Notes under the pieces: model-generated | What the model was told of the DNA's origin: nothing | Database searches by the model: none | The model's input: only the letters and a program-made list of their open reading frames with translations | Origin: a virus | Lineage: Duplodnaviria > Caudoviricetes | DNA length: 64,000 nt | Strand: one strand, 5' to 3' | IMG/VR virus record: IMGVR_UViG_2595698635_000001 | Coordinates: 6,839 to 70,838 of that record | Part shown: in pieces, positions 19,644 to 29,927 of the stretch | How the letters are laid out: every line of letters starts with the position of its first letter | Position numbering within the stretch: position 1 is the stretch's first letter | Program-made: the position numbers and the translations under genes

Positions 19644-20731
19644 TGGCGCTCGGTGACGAGCAGCACCGCGTGATCACCGACGACCAGGTGGTCAGCATCC
19701 ACACCGCGCGGGGCACCCAGCTGCTCCAGTTCGACCCCGACGAGTACACGTCGATCAGCTGGGGCCGGGTCGGGCGTGACGCCAGTCGGTTTGACCTGAC
19801 CGCGCCGCCGGACGCCGATATTGACCGGCTGGCCGAGATCGAGACGTGGCGCGACTGGGCCTCGGTCTGGGACGGGTCGAACAATCAGCTGCTCTGGACT
19901 GGCCCGGTGATGACCGCCAAGGACAACCGGGGCGGGCTCACCATCAGCGCCAAGGACCACGCCGCGTACCTCAGCCGGACACGCGCGCCGATCACCCGGC
20001 GGTGGGACGCCGCGCCCCCGGCCAGGATCGCCGGGGAGCTGTGGACCCGCATGGCCGAGGCCCAGGGCATCAACGCTCGGCCCATCGTGCGGCCTGACCC
20101 CGAGGGGAAGACCTACGACTTCCAGACCGTGGCCGACGAGCAGATGCTGGACCGGACGTTCACCGAGCTGACCGACCTCGGGCTCCGGTACGCGGTGGTG
20201 TGCGGCACGCCGATTATCGGGCCGGTGAGCCGCGAGCCGGTGGCCACGCTCAGCGAGGACGACTTCGAGGGTGACGGCATCACGTTCGTGAAGGACGGCT
20301 CGGCCACCTACAACGACGTGCTGGTGCGCGGGGCCGACAACCTGGCCCGAGCGCGCACCGACTACTTCGGGCAGAACCTCCAGACCATCGTCAACCTGGA
20401 CTCGATGTTCGGCGTGAGCAACGTCAAGGGCGCGGCGCAGGACTACATCCGCGAGACCGGCAAGCCCCGTGTCCGGCTGGAGCTGCCGCCGAACACCGTG
20501 CTCAAGGCCACCGCGCCGGTCAGCATCGAGGATCTGATGCCCAGCGCCCGGTTCGTCATCGAGGCGCGGGGGATCCGCCAGCTCTTTGAACTCAAGGCGG
20601 TCGACGTCGAGCGGCGTCAGGGCGCGGCGTCGGTACGGGTCACAATGGAGAGCGTGGAGCCTGAGCTGGAGCTGACCGACACCAAGGCCGGGCCGTCGGT
20701 GACGCTGGGCAGTGGGGCGAGCGCCCGGTGA
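19643..20731 (+). CDS. Minor tail protein (baseplate hub-like)
   Basis: TAATG coupling; synteny. Confidence 0.8.
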   Translation: MALGDEQHRVITDDQVVSIHTARGTQLLQFDPDEYTSISWGRVGRDASRFDLTAPPDADIDRLAEIETWRDWASVWDGSNNQLLWTGPVMTAKDNRGGLTISAKDHAAYLSRTRAPITRRWDAAPPARIAGELWTRMAEAQGINARPIVRPDPEGKTYDFQTVADEQMLDRTFTELTDLGLRYAVVCGTPIIGPVSREPVATLSEDDFEGDGITFVKDGSATYNDVLVRGADNLARARTDYFGQNLQTIVNLDSMFGVSNVKGAAQDYIRETGKPRVRLELPPNTVLKATAPVSIEDLMPSARFVIEARGIRQLFELKAVDVERRQGAASVRVTMESVEPELELTDTKAGPSVTLGSGASAR

Positions 20732-23223
20732 CCGCCGCGCTGCCGGGCCTGGCCCCGGCCAACGACGATGAGCTGATCCGCGACATGCACCTCCGTCTCC
20801 GCAAGCTGGAGACGACGAACACGTTGCGCGTCGGCCCCTGGGTCATCAGCACCGACCCGATCAGCGGCAACCTGAGGGCCACGCGCCCCGGCCACTCGGT
20901 GCTGATTGACGAGACCGGCGCGACCGAGGAGTCACTGGGCGCGGCGGCAACGCCCGTCGAGGTCGACCTGACCGGCTACGTGACGAACGCCCAGCTCGAC
21001 GCCGCTATCGACGGCCTGCCGGACATCCCGACGCTTCCCGATGTCCCCGGCATGATCACCTCGGCGTTCACCGACCTCTACCACAAGCTCACCGGCATCC
21101 TGAGCAACCCGGTGGACGCGCTGGCCAGCCTGGCCAACTTCTTCCGCGTGGAGCTGGGCGGGCTGATCAGCTCGGCCCGGCTGCCGATCATCCCGCTGAG
21201 CCACATCCGCGACGTCAACCCCAACCTGCTCACGGACGGGTCGTTCGATGACGAGCTGAGCCTGGCCGGGTTCCCTGACTGGGACTACGACGAGGAGGAC
21301 GGGCGTAGCCGCCCCGGCGCGGCGTACACCGTGGCCGACGGCAACACGCACATCATCCACTCCAACCCCATCGAGGTGGAGACCGGCCCCGACGGCGACA
21401 AGCTGGCCATCGAGGTCTACACGCGGTGGCTGAGCCTCACGGCCACCGCCGGGTCGATCCAGCTGGCCGTGAGCAGCTACACCGCCGCCGACGAGCGGAT
21501 CGGCACTGAGCCGACCGTGCTCGCCAGCACCAGCGGCGCGGGCACCAAGGCCGGATGGGACACGAAGCTGGCCGTGGCCGAGTGGACGCCACCGGCCACC
21601 GCCGCCTACGTGGTCATCGAGCTGATCGTGACCGCCGGGGCCACCGCTGGCGTCGTGAAGTTCGATGACGCGAGCGTGCGCAAGGTCGGCGCGTTCCCGC
21701 AGTCGTTCGTCTCGGGCCTGGTCGGCGCGCTGCAAACGGCGGCGCAGAACCTCCAGAACATGATCAACAGCGTCTGGACCGGCATCACGCGCTCGGTGCT
21801 CGACGCTCCCAAGACCCTGGCCGACATGTTCGACGCGCTCCAGGCCATCAACCCGCTGAACGTGCTCGGCCTGGGCGGTATGCCGAACATCTTCGAGACC
21901 ATCGCGGAGACGTGGAATCAGCTGTGGGGCGGGTTCGCGCGGCAGATCGGCGTCGGCGGCAAGAGCATCGCGGACGCGGCGAACGCCGCCCAGAACATCG
22001 CTGAGACCGCCGACACGGCGGCGCAGATCGGTGAGTGGAACAACGCCATCCTGGGCATCCGTGACGCCAACGGGTTCGACTCGGGCATGGACCCGACCGT
22101 GACCAGCATGTACCAGATCCCGTTCGCGGGCGGCGCGGGCGCTGACCCGCCCATCGTCCCGGCCACGGCCAGCTCGGTGCCGGTGGTGTTCTGGCTGGCC
22201 GAGCAGGACGACACGCGCGGCTCGGTGACCTGGTTCGGTCGGAACAACGGCACCCTGACCGCGCTGTACGTGGACGTCTACAAGGTCAACAAGACCACGA
22301 ACCAGGCCGTGCTGCTGCACACCAGCTTTGACCTCCTCCCGCAGTCCAGCACCAGCTGGAAGGTCATGCGCTACAACATGGTCACGGCCAACCGGGTACC
22401 GGTGGTCCACGGCGACGTGCTCATGTTCGCCATCCGCGCCCAGGGCACCGGCACCCATGAGATCGCCGGGCACTACGCGAGCTGGCTGCCCGCCGACACG
22501 GCCATGATCCCGCGCCGACCCTCGGGAACGCGCTCGGCGGCGGCGGGCACCATCAGCCTCGGTTCGATCACCTACGCCGGGGACATCCCCTGGATCGGCG
22601 TCGGCATCGTGGAGGGCGACATCGCGCCGCCGTTCTACGCGCCGCGCACCACCGAGTTCGCCACGCCCGGCGCGGGCCAGGTCTACAACATCCCGACGTG
22701 GGCCAACTACATCGACGTCATCGGCATCAGTGGCGCGGCTGGTGGCCACGGCGGCAGCGGCGGCACCAGCCTCCACGGCTACTCGGGTCTGCCGGGCGAG
22801 TGGTTCACGGAGACGCTGGTGCGCGGCGTCGACTTCCCGGTGAACGCCACCCAGATCATCCTGGACATCGGCGCGGGCGGCGCGGGCGGCGCTCGGGAGG
22901 CGAACGGTGGCAACGGCGGCGCGACCACGCGCCGGGCCATCAGCGGCGGCAAGGCGGCGCTCAGCGCGCCCGGCGGTCTCGCCCGCAACGGCTACAACAC
23001 CAACGACGCCCAGGGGCGCAGCCCCGGCAACATGACGTACCGAGGGATCACCTACGCGGGCGGTCAGGGCGGCGTCAGCACCTCGGCGCAGAACGGCCAG
23101 CCGGGCAGCGCGCCGGGCGGCTCGGGTGCGGGCGGCGCGGGCGGGTTCTGCACGGTGGCCTGGGCCGGTGGCGCGGGTGCGCGCGGCGGGGCCTGGGTCG
23201 TGGCGCGGCAGAACAACAGCTGA
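20728..23223 (+). CDS. Minor tail protein with carbohydrate-binding-like and Gly-rich domains
   Basis: NPNLLTDGSFD...VKFDDA beta-sandwich pattern; Gly-rich C-terminus. Confidence 0.8.
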   Translation: MTAALPGLAPANDDELIRDMHLRLRKLETTNTLRVGPWVISTDPISGNLRATRPGHSVLIDETGATEESLGAAATPVEVDLTGYVTNAQLDAAIDGLPDIPTLPDVPGMITSAFTDLYHKLTGILSNPVDALASLANFFRVELGGLISSARLPIIPLSHIRDVNPNLLTDGSFDDELSLAGFPDWDYDEEDGRSRPGAAYTVADGNTHIIHSNPIEVETGPDGDKLAIEVYTRWLSLTATAGSIQLAVSSYTAADERIGTEPTVLASTSGAGTKAGWDTKLAVAEWTPPATAAYVVIELIVTAGATAGVVKFDDASVRKVGAFPQSFVSGLVGALQTAAQNLQNMINSVWTGITRSVLDAPKTLADMFDALQAINPLNVLGLGGMPNIFETIAETWNQLWGGFARQIGVGGKSIADAANAAQNIAETADTAAQIGEWNNAILGIRDANGFDSGMDPTVTSMYQIPFAGGAGADPPIVPATASSVPVVFWLAEQDDTRGSVTWFGRNNGTLTALYVDVYKVNKTTNQAVLLHTSFDLLPQSSTSWKVMRYNMVTANRVPVVHGDVLMFAIRAQGTGTHEIAGHYASWLPADTAMIPRRPSGTRSAAAGTISLGSITYAGDIPWIGVGIVEGDIAPPFYAPRTTEFATPGAGQVYNIPTWANYIDVIGISGAAGGHGGSGGTSLHGYSGLPGEWFTETLVRGVDFPVNATQIILDIGAGGAGGAREANGGNGGATTRRAISGGKAALSAPGGLARNGYNTNDAQGRSPGNMTYRGITYAGGQGGVSTSAQNGQPGSAPGGSGAGGAGGFCTVAWAGGAGARGGAWVVARQNNS

Positions 23224-24431
23224 TGGCCGGGTGGTTCGACGCGCCGCCCGCCCCGATCACGGTGGGCGCGCCTGGCTGGACTGACGAGGAGCCGACGCCC
23301 GGCGCTGACCCGGCGGTGGAGGTCGGCTGGTGGGCCGTGCTCACCATCGACGTGCGCGAGACGGCCACGCCGAGCCAGGCCATGGCGCTGCGGGCGGTGA
23401 AGACCTGGGCGCTGACTCAGCTGGCCGGGCGCAGCCAGTCACTGACGCTGCGGAAGATCGCCATGGTGGCGCTCACCGAGACCGCCGAGGCCGTCGAGTC
23501 GGCCACCCTCCAGAAGATCGCCATGATGGCCCTCAGCCGGACGGCCCCGGCCTATCAGGCCCTCGGCCTCGTCAAGGTGATGAACATGGCTGTGGCGACC
23601 AGCCAGGCGGGATCTAGCGAGGCCCTGGTGCTGGCGCGCATCGGCACGCTGGCGCTGACGCGCTCGGCACCGGCCACCGAGGCGCTGGAGCTGGAGCGCG
23701 TGGTGACCGCCGCGCTGGCGTCCACCGCCGACTCGACCGAGGCGCTGGCCATGGTTCGGATCTACCTGATGGACCTGTTCGCCTACGGAATCATCAACGG
23801 CCAGTATTACTCGGGGTATGCGCTCGGTGCGATCAGCCTGAACAGCATCAGCTCCATGGCCCCGTTCTCCAGCGGGGCCGGGTCCGGCGAGACGCTGGCG
23901 CTCGGCTTCCGACCGACCGCCGCTGCGACGACCATCCTCACCGCCTCGGGGAACTACACGATCGCTCGATGGGCCGACTGGATCGACGTCGTGACGCTCG
24001 GCGCGGGCGAGGCCGGTACGGGCATCGTTTGGGGCAACGGCTCGGGCGGGCGGGCCGGTGAGTGGAACGCCCAGCGGTACTACCGGGGCAGCGACATTGC
24101 GTGGTCTCAGACCGTGATGCAGGCGACCGTCGGCGCGGGCGGCACCGGCAACGGTGGCCCCGGCGGTCAGACCTACGTGTTCCCTGGCTCGGGCCTGGCC
24201 ACGCTGCTGTCCAACGGCGGCACCGGCAACATGGGCGTGACCAACCCGCAGGGCGAGGGCGCGGGCAGCTTCACGTTCAACGGCGTGACCTACGTCGGTG
24301 GCGGCGCTCAGGGCTCGCTCGGCAACGCGGGCCAAGCGCCGGGCGGCGGCGGCGCTGGTGGCGGGTTCGGGGCCAGCTCGGGCGGCGCGGGCGCACGCGG
24401 TCAGGTCTGGTTCCGCGCGGGCCAGGGATAG
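23223..24431 (+). CDS. Minor tail protein, Gly-rich C-terminus
   Basis: TGATG coupling; C-terminal domain paralogous to the previous gene (WAxxIDV...G.W...TYxGG...PGGxGAGG...GARG). Confidence 0.8.
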   Translation: MAGWFDAPPAPITVGAPGWTDEEPTPGADPAVEVGWWAVLTIDVRETATPSQAMALRAVKTWALTQLAGRSQSLTLRKIAMVALTETAEAVESATLQKIAMMALSRTAPAYQALGLVKVMNMAVATSQAGSSEALVLARIGTLALTRSAPATEALELERVVTAALASTADSTEALAMVRIYLMDLFAYGIINGQYYSGYALGAISLNSISSMAPFSSGAGSGETLALGFRPTAAATTILTASGNYTIARWADWIDVVTLGAGEAGTGIVWGNGSGGRAGEWNAQRYYRGSDIAWSQTVMQATVGAGGTGNGGPGGQTYVFPGSGLATLLSNGGTGNMGVTNPQGEGAGSFTFNGVTYVGGGAQGSLGNAGQAPGGGGAGGGFGASSGGAGARGQVWFRAGQG

Positions 24432-24440
24432 ACTCGGGCC

Positions 24441-24827
24441 ATGGCCGTCGGACCTACCGCGTATCTGGTGAACAAGCTGCTGGATCACACCTTCCGTTCC
24501 GGCGTGACCTGGACGCCGCCGACGACGGTGTACTTCAAGGCCCATATCGGTGATCCCGGCGCAACCGGCGCGGCCAACGCCAGCGCCCAGGCGACCCGCC
24601 TGGCGACCACCTGGGCGGCGGCGGCGTCGGGCCTGATCACCATGACGGGCACCCCCGAGCTGACCCTGAACGCGACCGAGACCATCACGCACGGCTCGAT
24701 CTGGGACGCGCTGACCGGCGGTAACTGCCTCTGGACGGCGCAGGCGTCGGTGGCCAAGGGCGGTATCTCTGGCGACATCATCCGACTCACGGGCATCACG
24801 CTCGGCATCACCGGCCTGGCCGCGTAA
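24441..24827 (+). CDS. Minor tail protein
   Basis: NKLLDH...HIGDPGATG...ETITHGSIWDALTGGN pattern. Confidence 0.75.
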   Translation: MAVGPTAYLVNKLLDHTFRSGVTWTPPTTVYFKAHIGDPGATGAANASAQATRLATTWAAAASGLITMTGTPELTLNATETITHGSIWDALTGGNCLWTAQASVAKGGISGDIIRLTGITLGITGLAA

Positions 24828-24835
24828 GGAGACCC

Positions 24836-25216
24836 ATGACTCAGCCGACGACGGTCCAGTGGGGCGTGCGCCAGGAGGTGCCGATCATCCCCGAGGGCGA
24901 GATGCCCGAGCAGATCCCCGCGCCCGCGCCGATCAACTACGAGGGCATGACCGAGGAGCAGGTGGCCGAGGCCGAGGCCCAGCAGGCCATCGACTACGCG
25001 GCCTGGAACGCGGTCATGGCCACCTGGTACCAGGACGTGCTGGCGCTGATCGCTGAGCACGACGAGTGGTGGCAGTACACCGTGGCCACCTTCCCCGACG
25101 AGGCCACCGCCCGCGAGCAGCTGGCGCTGACCCGTGAGGCCAACCGGGACAATGCGTTCGTCCGGTCGGTGGACCTGGTGACCGCCCCGGTGATCACCTG
25201 GACCGTGGTGGAGTGA
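24836..25216 (+). CDS. Hypothetical tail-region protein
   Basis: AAGGAG RBS, good codon usage. Confidence 0.7.
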   Translation: MTQPTTVQWGVRQEVPIIPEGEMPEQIPAPAPINYEGMTEEQVAEAEAQQAIDYAAWNAVMATWYQDVLALIAEHDEWWQYTVATFPDEATAREQLALTREANRDNAFVRSVDLVTAPVITWTVVE

Positions 25217-25857
25217 ACGGGTCGGTCTGCCTCGGGGAGCACCTGGTCACCGACGCCCAGGGGAACCTCCAGCTGGCCCCGTGGTCGGTGCCGCGCAACG
25301 TGGTCGACGTCAAGGCGCAGAGCGGCAACGACACCACGAAGCTGCTCATCACCGACACGCTGCCGGGTCGGCTGCTCATCGACCGGATGGTGGACTACAC
25401 CAACGACACGCCCATCGAGCAGGACATCCGCGTCATGGTCACGCGGCGCTGGCGGCGATGGGTCACGTCGAGCCCGAACGCGGTCCAGTTCCGTGATCGG
25501 TGGTCGTCGGCCATCACCACCGCCGACGCGCTGGAGCCGGTCATCCCGGTGGAGCCGACCGTGGCCAGTCTGTTCAACGGCCAGGTGGGCAGCGCCGGGG
25601 ACATGCAGAGCAACACCGTGGCCGAGCCGAACCCCGGCCTGTTCCATCACTGGTGGGGGACGGGCGTGGCCGAGGAGTGGCTGGGACCACTCAAGCCCGG
25701 CTCCACGATCAGGGTCTGGTACCGCCAGTTCTGCTGGACGCCACCGCCTTTCAGCGACAACGCGAACAAGAACGCGCCCCGTCACGAAGCGGAGGCCGGG
25801 TGGGCGCGGATCCAGCTCCAGACGTTCCCCCGCGCCGGAAGGCTGGTGACCGGGTGA
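25213..25857 (+). CDS. Minor tail protein
   Basis: GTGA overlap; shares YTN/FNN/WTN...V.R pattern with the next two genes. Confidence 0.7.
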   Translation: MNGSVCLGEHLVTDAQGNLQLAPWSVPRNVVDVKAQSGNDTTKLLITDTLPGRLLIDRMVDYTNDTPIEQDIRVMVTRRWRRWVTSSPNAVQFRDRWSSAITTADALEPVIPVEPTVASLFNGQVGSAGDMQSNTVAEPNPGLFHHWWGTGVAEEWLGPLKPGSTIRVWYRQFCWTPPPFSDNANKNAPRHEAEAGWARIQLQTFPRAGRLVTG

Positions 25858-26462
25858 GCCTCAAGATCCAGACCAGCGAGTACCTGATCAGCGACAGCCG
25901 AGGACTCGGCATCGCTGACACCTGGCGTCCGCGCAAGCTCACCGAGGCGTTCCTGGAGAGCACCAAGGACGGGCCGATCAAGCTCAGCCCCGACCCGGTG
26001 ACCATGATCGACGGCGACCTGACGTGGTTCAACAACAGCCGGGACCGTCAGCGCGTGGCCATGGTGGTCAACCGCGCGCCGCGCTCGGTCATCGTCCAGT
26101 CGCCCAGCACCGTGGTCATCCACGATGCGGTCAGCTGGATGATCGGTGAGGAGCCCGAGGCCGACTACCCGAGCGTGGCCCTGGACACGTTCGGCGGTCG
26201 GATGCAGATCGACCGGGCCAGCGTCGACCGCAACGCGATCAAGTTCGGGCGGTTCTTCCTTGACGGGGAGGGCAGCCAGGTGGTCATCGACCTCGGCATG
26301 GTCCAGCCGATGCACAGCTTCCACTTCCGCTACATCGCCAGCGTCCAGACGCCCGGCACCTGGGTCACGCCCGGCCCCGACGCCGACGTGGAGCCGCGCT
26401 GGGAGGCTTACGCTCGGTGGACGCGCCTGGTGGCGCTCGGCTCACCGATGGGATCACTATGA
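25854..26462 (+). CDS. Minor tail protein
   Basis: GTGA overlap at 25854; good codon usage. Confidence 0.7.
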   Translation: MSLKIQTSEYLISDSRGLGIADTWRPRKLTEAFLESTKDGPIKLSPDPVTMIDGDLTWFNNSRDRQRVAMVVNRAPRSVIVQSPSTVVIHDAVSWMIGEEPEADYPSVALDTFGGRMQIDRASVDRNAIKFGRFFLDGEGSQVVIDLGMVQPMHSFHFRYIASVQTPGTWVTPGPDADVEPRWEAYARWTRLVALGSPMGSL

Positions 26463-27661
26463 CCGCGCCAGTATCGGCCCCGATTGACGAGAACCACTTC
26501 CAGGTTATTGACGGAGTGGTCACACCTCAGCCGTGGATGCAGTGGCGGCACGTCGGCGGGATCAAGGCCCCGAGCCGGTCGGCGCAGTACGGCGTCACCC
26601 TGACCTCGGGCGCGACCGGGGCCAACGTGTTCGGCACCCTCGGCACCCTGTTCGGATCGCTGTTCTCCAGCCTGGCCACGGTGTTCGGGGCCAGCTCGAT
26701 CCTGGCCGGGCTCGCGCCGTCGGTGAGCGCGGCGGGCAACAAGAACCAGCTGATCCACAAGCTCCAGCGCAGCTGGACGAACAACAGCCCCGTCGACCAG
26801 TGGGTCTACGGGATGATCACGCGCGGCGGCTGCCGGGTGAGCCTCCAGGCCCGGTCACGCGGTGGCCTGGTGGTGCGCTCGGGTCAGGCCATGCAGGCCG
26901 AGGTGCTGCGCGACGACTTCGAGGACGCCTCGGTCTGGCCGCTCACCACGGGCGCGTCCATCAGCGGGTTCGGTGATGACGGAAAGACTCTGCTGCTCGC
27001 GGGCGGCAACGCGATCTCGTTCACCCGCGCCGGGATCTTCCCCGTCACGCCCGGCGAGACCGTGGTCCTCAGCGCCCGAGCCCGGCGCGACAACGCCTAC
27101 AACGGCAACGACACCACCTCCACCACGGGCTACCTCGTCGTGAGGAACCAGGCCAACACCAGCTCGCCGTTCGGCGGCGACTCGACGTTGAAGTTCCCGC
27201 TGGCGGCGCTGCCCGCGAACGGCACCTGGTACACCCTGTCCAAGACGTTCGTCGTTCCGGCGGGCGTGACCGGCCTCCGCGTGGCCGTCGGCGGCAACCA
27301 CACCGCCGGGGCGCTGCGGCTGGACGACATCGTGATCACTCGGGGCACGCTGGAGCCGGTGCTGGTCGACGCCAGCATGTTCGGCATCGGCGGTGACATC
27401 GGTCGCGGCGGCACCCTGGCCATCGGCACCGAGTTCGGCGTGATGGAGCAGCGGATGAACAGCGTCACCTTCCCGCTCGCGCCCGAGCGCGTCGGCTGGA
27501 CCCGCGTCCCGCCGGGCGGCACGTTCGTCGGCCAGGTGGAGCTGCGGTTCATCAGTGAGTTCTGGGAGAACACCAGCATCGACGGCGGCGACTCGGGCAC
27601 GGAGTCCAGCTTCGACTCGGGCGAGACCCGGCTGGACCTGTTCGCGGTGCCGGTAATCTGA
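26459..27661 (+). CDS. Minor tail protein with inserted carbohydrate-binding-like module
   Basis: ATGA overlap; DDFED...VTPGETVVLSA...WYTLSKTFVVPAG...LDDIVI. Confidence 0.75.
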   Translation: MTAPVSAPIDENHFQVIDGVVTPQPWMQWRHVGGIKAPSRSAQYGVTLTSGATGANVFGTLGTLFGSLFSSLATVFGASSILAGLAPSVSAAGNKNQLIHKLQRSWTNNSPVDQWVYGMITRGGCRVSLQARSRGGLVVRSGQAMQAEVLRDDFEDASVWPLTTGASISGFGDDGKTLLLAGGNAISFTRAGIFPVTPGETVVLSARARRDNAYNGNDTTSTTGYLVVRNQANTSSPFGGDSTLKFPLAALPANGTWYTLSKTFVVPAGVTGLRVAVGGNHTAGALRLDDIVITRGTLEPVLVDASMFGIGGDIGRGGTLAIGTEFGVMEQRMNSVTFPLAPERVGWTRVPPGGTFVGQVELRFISEFWENTSIDGGDSGTESSFDSGETRLDLFAVPVI

Positions 27662-27688
27662 CCTCATCCAACGGCTTCGGGAGCTGAC

Positions 27689-28060
27689 TTGTACGATCCA
27701 CCGCCTGGGTATGACGACTGCGAGTCAGACGCCGAGGACCATCCGACACCGCCCGGCCATCCGTACCGTGAGCTGGTGGTCGACGGGATCGGCATGACGC
27801 TCCACGCGCGTAAGCCTCTCCCGAACGCCATCCCCGCGCTGGCCGGGGCGGCGAACAGCAAGGTCGGGCCTCAGATGAGGATTGACCAGCTCGACATCTT
27901 CGTCCAGAACCACCTGGCCGAAGGCGAGTTCGAGCAGCTGCTGGCCAAGATGATGGACCCCGACCAAGACATGCCGCCGGACACCATGCTGAGGGTGAGC
28001 CGGGCGATTGCAACGGCGGGTACCGCCCGCCCTACACGGCGGTCATCTACCTCGCGTTGA
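27689..28060 (+). CDS. Tail assembly chaperone paralog (G-like)
   Basis: Aligns by eye with the C-terminal domain of 11527-12204; GGGAG before TTG start. Confidence 0.65.
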   Translation: MYDPPPGYDDCESDAEDHPTPPGHPYRELVVDGIGMTLHARKPLPNAIPALAGAANSKVGPQMRIDQLDIFVQNHLAEGEFEQLLAKMMDPDQDMPPDTMLRVSRAIATAGTARPTRRSSTSR

Positions 28061-28374
28061 TGACCGCTCACAACTGGCGGGCTGTCCGCGCCCGGTACGC
28101 GGACAAGGGGATCGCTGACCCCATGGGCCAGGTGACCACGATGCACGCGGTGCTCGACGTCATGGAGCAGATCGGCGCGGAGTCCAGCACGAACGGGGCC
28201 AAGACCGCCGCCGAGGCGAAGTCCGAGATCACGCGGTACTTCGACAAGCTCTACAAGCCGGACATCACCACGCGCGTGATCGACGGCGACGGGTACATGC
28301 CGCCGCCACCTGGGTTCTCCGAGGAGGAGATGGAGGCCAGCTTCGATGCGTTCCTGGCGGGCGGTCATCACTAG
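28033..28374 (+). CDS. T-like chaperone ORF, probably reached by -1 frameshift (alternative start 28057/28060)
   Basis: -1 frame has typical GC3 codons from 28033; no RBS before 28057. Confidence 0.55.
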   Translation, partial: YTAVIYLALMTAHNWRAVRARYADKGIADPMGQVTTMHAVLDVMEQIGAESSTNGAKTAAEAKSEITRYFDKLYKPDITTRVIDGDGYMPPPPGFSEEEMEASFDAFLAGGHH

Positions 28375-28393
28375 CTGAGCTACCCTGATCAGC

Positions 28394-28801
28394 ATGGCCA
28401 TTGTCAACGTGCTGATGGACACCGCCGCCGAGCGTGGGTCCAAGTTCGATGACGAGACCCGCGCCGAGATCGAGTTCTTGAGCCCCGACCTGGAGGCCGG
28501 ACAGGTCGGTGAGGTCGAGCTTGCCGCCCAGGCGGTCAGCAGGGCCAAGATCAAGCTAGGGGCGGTGGACTCACCTCAGATCGCCGAGAACGGCGTGCAG
28601 GCGGTGAATGTGGCCCCGCTGGCGGTCGGCACCGCCGCGCTCCAGCCCGACTCAGTGACCGGTGAGAAGGCCGGGCCGGGCGTGGTGAGCGCGGTCGACG
28701 CCTCGGGCGCGTACATCGAGAGCAAGGAGTGGCACGGGACCGCCGCTGAGTTCCAGCAGATCGCCCAGCCCGACCCGAACACCAACTACTACGTCCGGTG
28801 A
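28394..28801 (+). CDS. Fibre-like structural protein
   Basis: About 10-residue AV..K.I-type repeats; C-terminal WHGTAAEF...DPNTNYYV. Confidence 0.65.
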   Translation: MAIVNVLMDTAAERGSKFDDETRAEIEFLSPDLEAGQVGEVELAAQAVSRAKIKLGAVDSPQIAENGVQAVNVAPLAVGTAALQPDSVTGEKAGPGVVSAVDASGAYIESKEWHGTAAEFQQIAQPDPNTNYYVR

Positions 28802-29925
28802 GCCTGTACCGAGGCGGGACCGCCGTCAGCCAGCTCTACCGGGGCGGCGTGCCCATCAGCGCCGTCTACCGTGGCTCGACGCTGGTCTGGACGCGCTCGG
28901 CCATCCGCGACGACTTCAACGTGGACGGCTGGCTCACCGGCTGGATCAACGAGCTGTGGAACGGTGACCTCGGCGTCCTGTTCTCCGACGGGCTCGGGCG
29001 GCTGGTCGACGGCCTCGGCAACTTCGTGGGCCAGACCGTGGCGTTCGTGGAGAGCGGCGTCAACGGCCTGGGCAAGCTGGTGGCCAACACCGGGCAGGGC
29101 CTGGTGGACGCCTACTGCGGGGCCTGGGGCGGCACCTCGGCCCCTGACGGCCTGGTCGGCATGGTCAACGACATCCCGATCATCGGCCCCGGCCTGGCCG
29201 ACTGGCTGGAGGGTGACCTGGACATCCAGAAGCTGGTCGGGCAGATCCCGATTATCGGCCAGCTCGGCCAGATGATCGGCCTTATCCCCGACGCCATCAC
29301 CGGCCTGCTCCGCGACCCCATCAACTGGATCGTGAACGCGGTGGGAGACGTCATCGGCACGCTGACGTGCGGGGCGTTCCACCCGACCGCCGAGACCGAG
29401 GAGGCGGTGGGCTACGTCATCGGCAAGAGCGGCGGCATGGCGCGGCTGCTGGTTCCCGACGGCCTCCTGAGCCTGAACGCTCAGACCAGCCGGATGCGCT
29501 TCCCGACCCAGCACCCTCAGGACGACGGTTGGCTGGACATCCGCGTCGGCCAGATGGGCAGCCCCGGCTACAGCACCCAGGTGTTCCGCCGGTACCAGAA
29601 CAACGGCCAGGCGCAGACCGGGGTCGGTCTCGACCTCAGGGACAACCGCGTGGGCATCGTGCGCCGTACCGGCGGGTCGAACACCATCGTCAAGCCCGGC
29701 CTGACCGAGTTCGGCCCCGGCACGCGGCTGCGGCTCCACCAGGCGGGCAACGTCCACACCCTGTACCGAGACGGCATCCCCGTCGGTGAGCCCTGGAACG
29801 ACTCGACCGGCACCGCCGCCAAGGGCAGCGGTAACCGGTCGGTCGCCATGGTGATGTCCGGCTCCAAGGAACTGTTCGGCGTCCGGCGGTTCAGCCCGTC
29901 GCTGGACTACCTGGAGGCGGCGTAG
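28798..29925 (+). CDS. Minor tail / structural protein
   Basis: N-terminal LYRG repeats; C-terminal beta-rich domain. Confidence 0.7.
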   Translation: MSLYRGGTAVSQLYRGGVPISAVYRGSTLVWTRSAIRDDFNVDGWLTGWINELWNGDLGVLFSDGLGRLVDGLGNFVGQTVAFVESGVNGLGKLVANTGQGLVDAYCGAWGGTSAPDGLVGMVNDIPIIGPGLADWLEGDLDIQKLVGQIPIIGQLGQMIGLIPDAITGLLRDPINWIVNAVGDVIGTLTCGAFHPTAETEEAVGYVIGKSGGMARLLVPDGLLSLNAQTSRMRFPTQHPQDDGWLDIRVGQMGSPGYSTQVFRRYQNNGQAQTGVGLDLRDNRVGIVRRTGGSNTIVKPGLTEFGPGTRLRLHQAGNVHTLYRDGIPVGEPWNDSTGTAAKGSGNRSVAMVMSGSKELFGVRRFSPSLDYLEAA

Positions 29926-29927
29926 GC

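Noticed and set aside
22700-24431. GGC-rich repeats as a diversity-generating template/variable pair
   Set aside because: Explained by Gly-rich paralogous tail domains; no reverse transcriptase and no adenine-specific mismatch pattern seen
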